DNA of 63,252 nt, counting the filler, from Octopus bimaculoides (taxonomy: Eukaryota): assembly GCF_001194135.2 (NCBI RefSeq). It is 5 parts of 4 records of this genome, joined end to end, with 100 filler letters (N's around TTAATTAATTAA, not from the genome) between each part and the next. Parts side by side here need not be neighbours in the genome. Positions count along the whole stretch, not along the records: positions 43,431 to 63,252 come from NC_068982.1; 4 more parts are not named here. One strand, written 5' to 3'. Position 1 is the stretch's first letter. Each line of letters starts with the position of its first letter. The notes under the pieces are model-generated. The model was not told the origin of the DNA. It ran no database searches and was given only the letters and a program-made list of their open reading frames with translations. The translations under genes and the position numbers were made by a program. Below are positions 52,600 to 63,252 of the stretch, piece after piece.

Positions 52600-52835
52600 G
52601 ACTGGTACGAACTGATTAGATTTTGGGATCGATCCGGTACCGGACAAAGATTCTGGATTATGTTTCCTTTTTTTTTTTTTTTTTTTTTTACTTAACTTTT
52701 GAGAGCGGTCGGATTCGTTTATGAGAGCAGTCGAGTTTATTTAAGATATTTTCATTTTAAAAATCATCTCTGGCTAGTCGTTGAGGGGACATTAGTGTTG
52801 CCTTGACGGAGGTTTGCGCTCTGAGTGCTGTTGTT
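52600..52835 (+). mobile_element. 3' half of a second HINE-like copy
   Basis: Similar to 51045-51240 (TTTTGAGAGCGGTCGG..AAAAATCATCTCTGGCTA..GCCTTGACGGAGGTTTGCGCTCTGAGTGC). Confidence 0.55.
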
Positions 52836-53064
52836 CTGTTTATTCTATAACTTTTATTCTATTCCAAAACAGCTGAGACAACTGCAACACTATATATTGT
52901 TGATGCTTCATGCTAAATCTATTTTAGTATAGCGAAACAAAATGAGGGCTTTTGTTTGTAGAATTTCTGAAATTAACAGACGCTTCCTGTTTCGAAGTCA
53001 TTCTTTCTATCAGAGTAACATTTTCTTCATAAAGAGTGATTATTTAAAAATTAATTAAATAACA

Positions 53065-53234
53065 TCTTCGTCCGACTTCGCGTTCTGAGTTCAAATTCCG
53101 CCATGGTCGACTTTGCCTTTCATCCTTCCGGGGTCGATAAATTAAGTACCAGTGAAACACTGGGGTCGATGTAATCGACTAGTCCTCACCATCAAAAAAT
53201 TTCAGGCCTTGTGCCTATAGTAGAAAGCATTATT
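53065..53234 (+). mobile_element. SINE family A (5'-truncated) with tail type A
   Basis: GAGTTCAAATTCCGCC..AAATTTCAGGCCTTGTGCCTATAGTAGAAAG. Confidence 0.85.
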
Positions 53235-53499
53235 TGAAAAAATCTATAAAACACTAATCTATACTTACGTGATACCAGATACGAAACATCTGAGTGTTAA
53301 AATGAAATATTATGATCAAGTAAATTATTTAAGAAAGCTTATTTGGAGCAACGTTAGTGATATAAATATTTGTCCTCGTCTAATTCCGTTCAAGATCATT
53401 CTGCAGAGGTACCAATGTACACTAATGTTATGTCTCAAGCTACTGCTATCTAGCACCTTCGGATGATCTCTACTCAACTGCTACTCAACAGCTACTCAA

Positions 53500-54965
53500 C
53501 GTTTTCTTTATTTGGCACTACGGCCATACCACAGAGGGGGACACTACAAGGACAGACACGACACCACAATGGGGACACAAAACATAAAACGAATGACAAT
53601 GAGATGTTATATAATGAAGAAATGAAATGGCTGCATGGGCCCCAATAAACTCTTTACCATCGTTCACTTTTTCTGTGTTATTCTTAATTATCTGTTTTTT
53701 CTCTTTTTTTTTTAATTATATTTATAACAAAAAACACTTTNNNNNNNNNNNNNNNNNNNNNNNNNNNNNNNNNNNNNNNNNNNNNNNNNNNNNNNNNNNN
53801 NNNNNNNNTTTCTTCTCTGTCTCCTTATTTTTTGAGTAAGTTACAAAATTCCAATTGTTTTTCCATCTTCTTGATTTTTTCTCTTCTCCTGTTACTGATG
53901 TATTTCCTTCTCGAACTCCAAACCATTTATCCCATTCATCGTCAGATGTTTGAACTCTCGAATCCTCTTCCTTCGTTGGGGAAACCGGCGTCATTATCGC
54001 TGTTCCCTCCTCTTGTAAATCCACCTGTTTAGTAGTTGCCTTCTCTCTTTCTTACTCCGCCACCTCTTCATCTGCCTTCCCTCTGGTTACAGCTTCCTTT
54101 TCCACTTCTTCTTTCTTCTTTTTCTGTTTCTCTGGTGGTGAGTTTGTTCTTCCACTCCTCCTTCGTTTTCTTTCCACTACCGTAAATCCCTCCTCCGTTG
54201 TATCTTCTTCTGTCTCTGTCTGTACTACCTGGTTCGTGTCTTCCTGTTTTTCTGTTGGTTCTCTCTGCGGGCATCTCGCCTTCATGTGGCCTTTCTCGCC
54301 ACATGCAAAACATGTAGGCAGCCTGCCCTCCACTTTCAATCTTAATTTTTGGTCGTCAGGTAGCGCTATCTCCTCATCAATTCTATTAAGGTCTTCCACT
54401 GTTGCCTGGATAGTCAGTTCGATTCCATATCCCCAATAATCCACACTGTTTGTTCTTGTGGCCTTCAGTATCTTGGCCTCTTCCTTCATATTGTACTTAT
54501 TGCTGTCATGAGCCATGCTTCATCTAGTTCTGGGGGTACTTTTCCTACTCGCACTCTGGCCACACGTTTGCCACAGTACGACGGCAACAGCACCCATTCC
54601 TCCGATCGTATAGCTTCCGTAGAGTTCTTAATTGCTTCTATTTCTGTTGAAAATCGTACCTCCACAGTGGCATATTTTTTTCCTCTAGTTACAAAAGTGG
54701 TTTGCTTTCTGATACCTTTCAGGCACTCCTCGATCTCCTCAACTGTCGCGAGCTCTATCCTTCTAGTTGCCACCTTCATGGTTTTAAAAACCACAGTTCT
54801 CTTTCTTACACCGTCTGTCAGTTCCACAGGCGGTGTCAACATCAGCGTGTCTCCGACCCTCGCCAGCAACTTTTCACATTCCTTCATCTTCCTCGGATCA
54901 ACCTTAATTTCGATTATTTCCAGCTTTCCTTCCTCTGTTCCTTTTCCAGTCGCGGCCGCATAACT
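53500..54965 (-). mobile_element. L1/Tx1-like element: disrupted ORF1 (gag-like, CCHC knuckle) followed closely by a 3' UTR
   Basis: SYAAATG start after a gap; CFACGEKGHMKARC knuckle (54271-54312); one frameshift near 54490 and one in-frame TAA (54052-54054); AATAAA at 53512-53507. Confidence 0.8.
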
Positions 54966-56776
54966 NNNNNNNNNNNNNNNNNNNNNNNNNNNNNNNNNNN
55001 NNNNNNNNNNNNNNNNNNNNNNNNNNNNNNNNNNNNNNNNNNNNNNNNNNNNNNNNNNNNNNNNNNNNNNNNNNNNNNNNNNNNNNNNNNNNNNNNNNNN
55101 NNNNNNNNNNNNNNNNNNNNNNNNNNNNNNNNNNNNNNNNNNNNNNNNNNNNNNNNNNNNNNNNNNNNNNNNNNNNNNNNNNNNNNNNNNNNNNNNNNNN
55201 NNNNNNNNNNNNNNNNNNNNNNNNNNNNNNNNNNNNNNNNNNNNNNNNNNNNNNNNNNNNNNNNNNNNNNNNNNNNNNNNNNNNNNNNNNNNNNNNNNNN
55301 NNNNNNNNNNNNNNNNNNNNNNNNNNNNNNNNNNNNNNNNNNNNNNNNNNNNNNNNNNNNNNNNNNNNNNNNNNNNNNNNNNNNNNNNNNNNNNNNNNNN
55401 NNNNNNNNNNNNNNNNNNNNNNNNNNNNNNNNNNNNNNNNNNNNNNNNNNNNNNNNNNNNNNNNNNNNNNNNNNNNNNNNNNNNNNNNNNNNNNNNNNNN
55501 NNNNNNNNNNNNNNNNNNNNNNNNNNNNNNNNNNNNNNNNNNNNNNNNNNNNNNNNNNNNNNNNNNNNNNNNNNNNNNNNNNNNNNNNNNNNNNNNNNNN
55601 NNNNNNNNNNNNNNNNNNNNNNNNNNNNNNNNNNNNNNNNNNNNNNNNNNNNNNNNNNNNNNNNNNNNNNNNNNNNNNNNNNNNNNNNNNNNNNNNNNNN
55701 NNNNNNNNNNNNNNNNNNNNNNNNNNNNNNNNNNNNNNNNNNNNNNNNNNNNNNNNNNNNNNNNNNNNNNNNNNNNNNNNNNNNNNNNNNNNNNNNNNNN
55801 NNNNNNNNNNNNNNNNNNNNNNNNNNNNNNNNNNNNNNNNNNNNNNNNNNNNNNNNNNNNNNNNNNNNNNNNNNNNNNNNNNNNNNNNNNNNNNNNNNNN
55901 NNNNNNAGTAATGTGAGCGTGAGATTTTCAGAGTACCCACATAGGAAACTACGGCTTCTAAGTTGATTTATTTCAAAATGTCAAACATATCTATGAGCCA
56001 TTCCTAATTACGCCAAATTATCCTATCGCTTTCTTTCCCCCCTTACATGTACACAGGGAGAATGTATCAATTAGAAAACATTTTTTGACAACCTCGTAAA
56101 CAACAGATTATCCTGTTCGACAAATGCACCTGAGAACACTAACCTAGAGAGATATTCATAAACACAAGATGTGTGTGTGTGTGTGTGTGTGTGTACTTAG
56201 TTTCCTTATTTTTAAAAGTGAGATATCATATGAAAAACGGTCGCTCAATTTCTGGCTTCTACGAGAGAAAGAATACCCTTGAGTAGATTTCTACGATGCT
56301 TCTCACGGCGCAACGTAGACGACTAAGAGAGAATAATTGACTCATTGCTAGACTAGTACTTTATCTATCGACCTTAAACGGATGAAATATGAAGTTGACC
56401 ATGATGGTTTTCGAAGTGCAGAGATACGGAACAAAGGTCACAAGGCATTTTATGCAATGCTTCTCGATCAGTTTCTCATTTATATATATATATATATATA
56501 CATGTGAGTGTGTGCGCGCCCGCGCATATGTATATGTATATATGTGTGTGTGTGTGTATAAATATGTTTGCATGTGTTAGTCTGATAAAGGCGAATAAGC
56601 CGAAATTTAGAAATCACTGTCAATTTTTCCGCTAAAAGTGAATGCGTACTCTACTAACAAGAACTGAGTAATCCTTCAGTTTAATATTAGATTCTTTTCA
56701 TATGTAACTGGACTTAAAAACAAACACACAGATACATACACACGTACTCACACATATACGTACGTATATGCATTTA

Positions 56777-56807
<31 letters not shown>

Positions 56808-56990
56808 AAGAAAGTGTGTGTGTTTGTGTGTGTGTGTGTGTGTAGTACTTAATGTGAATACAACTTAACTGTGGTATACGCCCACTGAAAATATCTTTTA
56901 TTGACGTGCTGCCTTTATAAATACAATATATCGAAAGCAGACAAAAATCGCCCTAACAGCAGCTGGTAAGAATGCTAGATGCGCATATCT

Positions 56991-57229
56991 TATTTCTTTA
57001 CTGCCCACAAGGGGCTACACACAGAGGGGACAAACAAGGACAGACAAAGGGATTAAGTCGATTATATCAACCCCAGTGCGTAACTGGTACTTATTTAATC
57101 GACCCCGAAAGGCTGAAAGGGAAAGTCGACCTCGGCTGTATTTGAACTCAGAACGTAGTGGCAGACGAAACACCGCTAAGCATTTCGCCCGGCGTGCTAA
57201 CGTTTCTGCCAGCTCGCCGCCTTACAGCA
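56991..57229 (-). mobile_element. SINE family A with tail type B and 10-bp target-site duplication
   Basis: Full head, body and tail; GCGCATATCT on both sides (56981-56990 and 57230-57239). Confidence 0.93.
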
Positions 57230-57699
57230 GCGCATATCTGTCTCGTTAGTATTGTCAATAGCATGTACTAGCAGCAAGCTACATGCCAAGGTGGAATTTG
57301 TTATTACTAATAACAGTGAATGAACAATCAATGGCGCTGCTTAAAATGGTTTCACCTGCTTTCGATATACCCATGAATATTTCAAAACAGTATCTTATAT
57401 AGCTTTGTATCATAGGAAATATTGAAACATTCTTTCCAAAAATTTTTTTTTTTTTTTTTCATATCAATATGTGATAACAGCTTGAACAGGCCACTTGATT
57501 AAATAAGCCGATACATCATGAGATAATCAACTGTTTAGTCGATATTATATTTTTATTTATTTAATGAATATAAATCGTCCTTATAATGCTGCTTATACAT
57601 GACAGGCTGAGGAAGGTATAAAACACAAAGAATAAACAAAACATAAACACAAAATGTAGACTGAAAAGAAAAAGATGTACAGATAAAGAACACTTTCTG

Positions 57700-58900
57700 C
57701 TATTTACTCTTTTTATTGCCTCGATGAAGTGGAAGAACTTATTTATGCTTGCTAAACCCTTATAATATAGTTTGTATCTCCAACATTGGTAGCCTTTGGA
57801 ATAAAACATTTTAAAGATATCCCATTTCTCAGTCTGGTAATGTTTGCATTCGAGCAAATTATGCCATAATATTTCTGGATAGTCTCCACAAGAGCGTAAT
57901 GATAAATCTTTACGATCTATTTCCGGTAGAATATAATTCAAGTGAAATACAATCCCTTCGAAATTAATCTTGCTTAGTGTCTGATACGTTTTGTATGTCG
58001 ATAGATCTGGAAAAGATAGTGGGAGATTAAATTCGATAGTTTATCTCTTATTTCTTCTAAATTTTTTCCATCCTTGGTTAATTATACTTATGCTGAATGC
58101 TTTCATTTAAAATTTAACAAAGATATAGAACGCAGTCTATATCAATTACTTCGTTTTGTGACCCTCATTTTACTAATTTATCTGCTCTCCTGATTTTCTT
58201 AATATCTATGAATCCAGGGAGCAAACTAATTATTACTTGTTTATTGTTTTCAGCTAAATAATTAATCTATTTTTAGGAGAATATTCTCAATATTTCAAAT
58301 CCGACCTCTTTTCCTTGATTGAAATTGTTCTAGGTTCGGTAGATTACTGGTATATAGAAAATTTATAATCCAGTAAATTTCATTGCCAGAATCTCAGAAT
58401 ATTATCATTATTCCCCACCACTGTGCATCAAATTTGGTAAAATAGTAACACAATATGAAGCATATATTTGTATTATCATTTTAAAAGGTCTGATTAGTTC
58501 TACATCCGACTCAGTTTTCTGAATGTGAACCACTTGTGTAACTAACTCAGCTGTTAACATGGTTTGATTGCATGATGTAGTTAGAGTATTATTCCTTTCT
58601 GTTATGGTTGTTTTATTGCTACGTTGAAAGATTTTACTTGCCCTATCTATAGGTAGCCAGATATCCTATTCTTTTCTTTTTTTGCCTAAACACAGTAATT
58701 AGCACTTTACGGTTCCTGGACTTTTCTTCTGGTAAGGGAGTAGGGGCTAAAACCAGTTTAATAGCTATCTGAGCACGATACTTTTGTTAGCACGAAGAAA
58801 GGTAGAACTTGTTTCTTCCCATGAATCAGTAAAATTAGCATATATTTTATACAATGAAACCTCGATGTGTATTTCCTTTTTCAAATTGGACTCTGACCAA
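57700..58900 (-). mobile_element. Heavily decayed LINE ORF2 C-terminal part (CR1/L2/I-like; clade uncertain)
   Basis: KIRGIWSESNLKKEIHIE resembles KxLGxxxDxxLxWxxHI; SCGDYPEILWHNLLECKHY..FFHFIEAIKR resembles the C-terminal CxCG..ExxxHxLLxC motif. Confidence 0.5.
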
Positions 58901-59679
58901 ATACCACGTATCTTGATACCTTTTTGATAATTAACTGGTTCATTAAATATTATTTCTTCACTCTGATAATTAAAAGCTTCGTCACTGGCACTCTGTTCTG
59001 GTCCTATTTTTTAACATACAAGTCGACATTGTATGTACTGTTAACATCTAGTGTAAACATGTACTTGCATTTCATATGGAACTTTTGGTCTTCCCAAATC
59101 ATCTTGGTGTATAAGTCTACTTACATGTTTCGGACCGTAAATTTCGGTATAAAAATTTGACTAATATGCCGGAAATTACGGTACATATTCTATTAATAAA
59201 TACATCACAAAACACCGATTAAAGAACGTATTAACCCTGATATTTACCAGATGGCTAACTACAAAAGATATCAAATTAAGGAAAATCTGATTCTATATTA
59301 TACACAAGTGGCAGATGTAACTATGTATATATGATGTGTCAAATAATTTATCAATGAAAATAAGTGTCCCGCTGTGAATTTTATGATACTACAATAGCTT
59401 ATCTTATGATACTGTGATAGCTAATTTTATGATACTATAATTATCATATGTACCTTACCAGGATACGCAACTTGACTGTCTACGCCACTGGCTGTGGATA
59501 GATACAGATCACAGTAATAAACAACACTAGTACTATATGAAGAAGTGTGCTTCATTTGTTTCAATTAACTTCGTGTTCGATTAAGCTTAGTTAAATGGGA
59601 ATGAGCTTTGGCAACGTAGACCCTTTTCAATTCGTCTGAAGTAAACTAATATGATTTATTATCTTGTATTTTTATTTTT

Positions 59680-59872
59680 TCTTGTTTCAATCGTAGAACT
59701 GCAGCGGTTCTGGAGCACCGCCTTGAAGGATTTTAGCCGAACGAATTGATCGCAGTACTTATTATTAAATCTTGATACTTGTACTAGCAGTCTCTTATGC
59801 CGAACCGCTAAATTAGAGGAACGTAAACCACGAATGCCCATTATCAAGCGATGGTGAAGACAAACACAAATA

Positions 59873-59964
<92 letters not shown>

Positions 59965-60265
59965 CATATATATGGCCAAGTATTTTCTACTATAGCCTCG
60001 GGCCGATCAAATCCTTGTGGGTGGATTTGGTAAACGGAAACTGAAAGAAGACCGTCGTACATATGTACATATATATATATATATGGGTGTGTGTGTGTGT
60101 GTGTGTCTGTGTTTGTACCTCCACCATCGCTTGACAACCGATGTTGTAACTTAGCGGTTCGGCAAAAGAGAGCCGATAGAATAAGTACTAGGCTTACAAA
60201 GAATAAGTCCTGGGGTAAATTTCTTTGACTGAAACCCTTTAAGGCGACGTTCCAGTATGGCCGTA
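59680..60265. mobile_element. Nested SINE family B copies in opposite orientation
   Basis: Minus tail 59680-59880, (CA)n, then plus-strand partial head (59965-60060), (TA)/(TG) and tail (60100-60265). Confidence 0.8.
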
Positions 60266-61089
60266 GAATGTATGTATGTACATATATATCTACATATATT
60301 TATATATATATGAGTGTGTGCGCGCGTGTGTGTGTATGCATATGTATGTATATATATATATGTATATATATATATGTATATATGTGTGTGTGTGTGTGTG
60401 GATCCAGCTTAGCATGGTTGCTTTGTTAGAATACCGAATACTGCGTTATTACCCTTGAGTGCCCCTCTCATATAGGTGCTTGGTGCTTAAAAACACACAC
60501 AGACCGTAGCAGACGATAATCTTGTTATAGACGCCGGAATTCCGATATCACGTGATTTCATTCTACAGGAAATCATCAGTGGGATGCCCCCGGTCACTGC
60601 ATGCCAGTCGGCGTTCTAAAAAGTCATCCATGTTAACTTTGATATACCTTTTGGTATTAATGTTGCTTCCGTCGTTAATAATTCATTTTTAATAAGCCTG
60701 CTGATTATTTGCAACATCTATGCCTGAAAAGATATTGATATGCTATATGGAAGAACAACGAGCTTTGACTGGCATACGATGACCGAACGCTTTCCACTGA
60801 TGATTCCCAGTAGAATAAAATCGCATGATTGTAGGAATTCTAGTGCCCATAACAAGATTCTCGTCTGCTACGATCTATGTGTGTGCTTTTATGCACCAAG
60901 AGCCTATATAAGAGGATCTCTTGGGGCTAATAACACAGTATATTGCGTTCTAACAAGATACCCATGTTAAGTTGGATATAAAGTTGGTATTAATACTGCT
61001 TCCATCGCTAATAGTTAACACACACACACACACACACAACACACACACATACATACCACACACACACACACCATACACACACACACACA

Positions 61090-61248
61090 TATAAAGGCTT
61101 CTTTCGGTTTCCGTTTACAAGCCCCACTTACATGGCTTTGGTCGACTCGGAGCTATAACAGAAGACATTTGCCCTAGATGCCGTGCAGTAGGATAGAACC
61201 ATGTGATTGAGAAGTACACTATTTACTACACAGCGAAGCCTGCGCTCA
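61090..61248 (-). mobile_element. SINE family B head, diverged
   Basis: GGCTTCTTTCGGTTTCCGT..CTATAACAGAAGACATTTGCCC..ACTACACAGC..CCTGCGC. Confidence 0.75.
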
Positions 61249-61822
61249 ATATTCGAAGAAATATATTTAATATAAATGCAGTGATAACTTGAAATAATAA
61301 TAATAATAAACTATCCTAGAATTAAGATATGGTACAAAGCATTTTCGTACATATCTTTACCATCACTAACCAATCAATGGAGACATTAAAAGGCATCGAG
61401 CTAGAGAACTATGTCATTATCACAAAAATGGGCTTTCTGAACATCCATTCTTATCACTTCTGTCATGAATGATACACGAATAAACAATGACTTCTAGAAA
61501 AGAGTCGGGTCTGTTTAATATATGTTTGCCTGGCATTGATACACTTTGACAGGTCGGCATTGCCGACATACATTTTCCAGATTATTAAAGTTTAAATCGT
61601 TTGTGAGGCCAGAAATTAACGGGGAAACATATATACTCGCCCTGCTTTCTCCCAACAAACATGTACAAACGCACCAACACTTTCAAATATAAATACTAAA
61701 AACTAACGTGTGGACTTACACGCGCGCGCTCATACACACACACAGACTTACATACACATGTTCACACAAAACTGTTTATATGTGCACAGCCATACACAGA
61801 GGACCGTCTGAAATATTTTTTC

Positions 61823-62945
61823 TCCTTTAAACTATAGGTACAAGGCCTGAAATTCTAAGGAAGGGAGCTAGATGATAACGTCGACTCCAGTGGACAACTG
61901 GTACTTAATTTATCTACATCGGAAGCATAAAAGGCGAAGACAGCCTCAGCGGAACTTGAACAGGGAACTTAAGAATGGACGGAATAGCACTTAGCATTTT
62001 ATCTGGCGTGCTAACGATTCTGCCAGCTCCAGCTCGCTGCCTTACGACTGCATGTAATACTGATATCAAATTTTGGCACGATGCCAACAATTTTGTGGGA
62101 GGGGGTAAGTCAATTACATCGACTTCACTGCTTATTTTATCGATGTCGATAGGATGAAAGGCAAAGTCGACCTCGACAGAATCTGAACGCAGAACGTAAA
62201 GACGGACGAAATGTCACTGAGCACTTTGCTCACCTTGTTAACGATTCTACTAGTTGCAGCTCGATACTTTACGACCACGTATAATATTCCTTTCTATTAT
62301 GAGCACAAGGCCTGAAATTTGCGGGGAGGGAGATAGTCGATTGCATTGACCCTAGCACTCAACTGATACTTATTTTATTGACCTCGAGGACGAAGGGCAA
62401 AGACGGCCTCGGTGGAATTAGAACACCGAACATAAGACGGCTGAAATGCCGCTAAGCATTTTTCCCGACGTGCTGACGATTTTTCCAGCTCACCGCCTTT
62501 ACATGTAGTATTGGTCTCAAATTTTGGCAGGGGCCAGTAATTTCGGGAGCGGGAATAAGTCGATTACATCGACCTCAGTGCTCTGCTGGTACTTATTTTA
62601 TCGACCCTGATAGGGATGAAAAGCAAAGTCAACGAGGACAGAATTTAAGCTCAGAGCGTAAGGACGGACGAAATGCCGCTAAGCATTTTGTCCAGCATGC
62701 TAACAATTCTTATTTCTTTTATTGCCCACAAGAGGCTAAACGTAGAGGGGACAAACAAGGACAGACAAGGGGATTAAGATGATTACATCGACACCAGTGC
62801 ATAACTGGTACTTAATTTATCGATCCCGAAAGGATGAAAGGCAAAGTCGACCTCGGTGGAATTTGAACTCAGAACGTAATGGCAGACGAAATGTCGCTAA
62901 GCATTTCGCTCGGTGTGCTAACGTTTCTGCCAGCTCACCGCCTTT
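61823..62945 (-). mobile_element. Five consecutive SINE family A copies
   Basis: Bodies at about 61823-62043, 62050-62270, 62288-62500, 62510-62710 and 62709-62945, with tails A, C, A, C, B. Confidence 0.85.
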
Positions 62946-63252
62946 ACTAGGAGTAATATTAAAACGTAAGTGATGATATGATAATGCTCAAGCATACGCA
63001 CATACACACGCACACATCCGTATGCTCACACGCACACTTATCTGCACACGCACACATCAGCACACGCCCACATACACATACACGCATTTCAGAAAAATAA
63101 CGGAGTAACTCATCACAAGTTTATAGAAGTTTGGATATTATTGTTAGAATTCTCACGAACTAATTGTATAGTTTCCCCCATTACAAACATAACTGGTACG
63201 TACGTAGCCCATAGGTTTCTGATGTAAATATATATATATATATATATATATA

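Noticed and set aside
54508-54963. 151-aa plus-strand ORF
   Set aside because: Antisense shadow of the retroelement ORF1.

Overview
AT-rich, microsatellite-saturated, gapped eukaryotic (animal) genomic DNA. The repeat families, microsatellite load and zinc-finger style point to an octopod cephalopod; this is an inference. Four identical artificial 100-bp spacers (44 N + TTAATTAATTAA + 44 N) split the window into five pieces that need not be neighbours in the genome. The only clear host gene is a minus-strand C2H2 zinc-finger gene (36915-37955, 12 intact fingers). Its array continues in frame past one TAA into four mostly decayed fingers. The rest is mobile DNA: several tRNA-derived SINE families, LINE relics (CR1/L2-like, RTE, R4/Dong-type restriction-like-endonuclease, an apparently ORF1-only L1/Tx1-like element), mariner derivatives, a MITE and Helitron/Helentron-type elements. 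Most ORFs in the supplied track are microsatellite or gap artefacts. The most interesting signal is an inverted pair of short elements at 41.1-41.65 kb that join a Pol III tRNA-like head, an (AAT)n spacer and a minimal type I hammerhead ribozyme; other hammerhead-like relics occur elsewhere. One SINE body also carries three interchangeable 3' tails, one shared with LINE-like 3' ends in the same window. All alignments and folds were done by eye.
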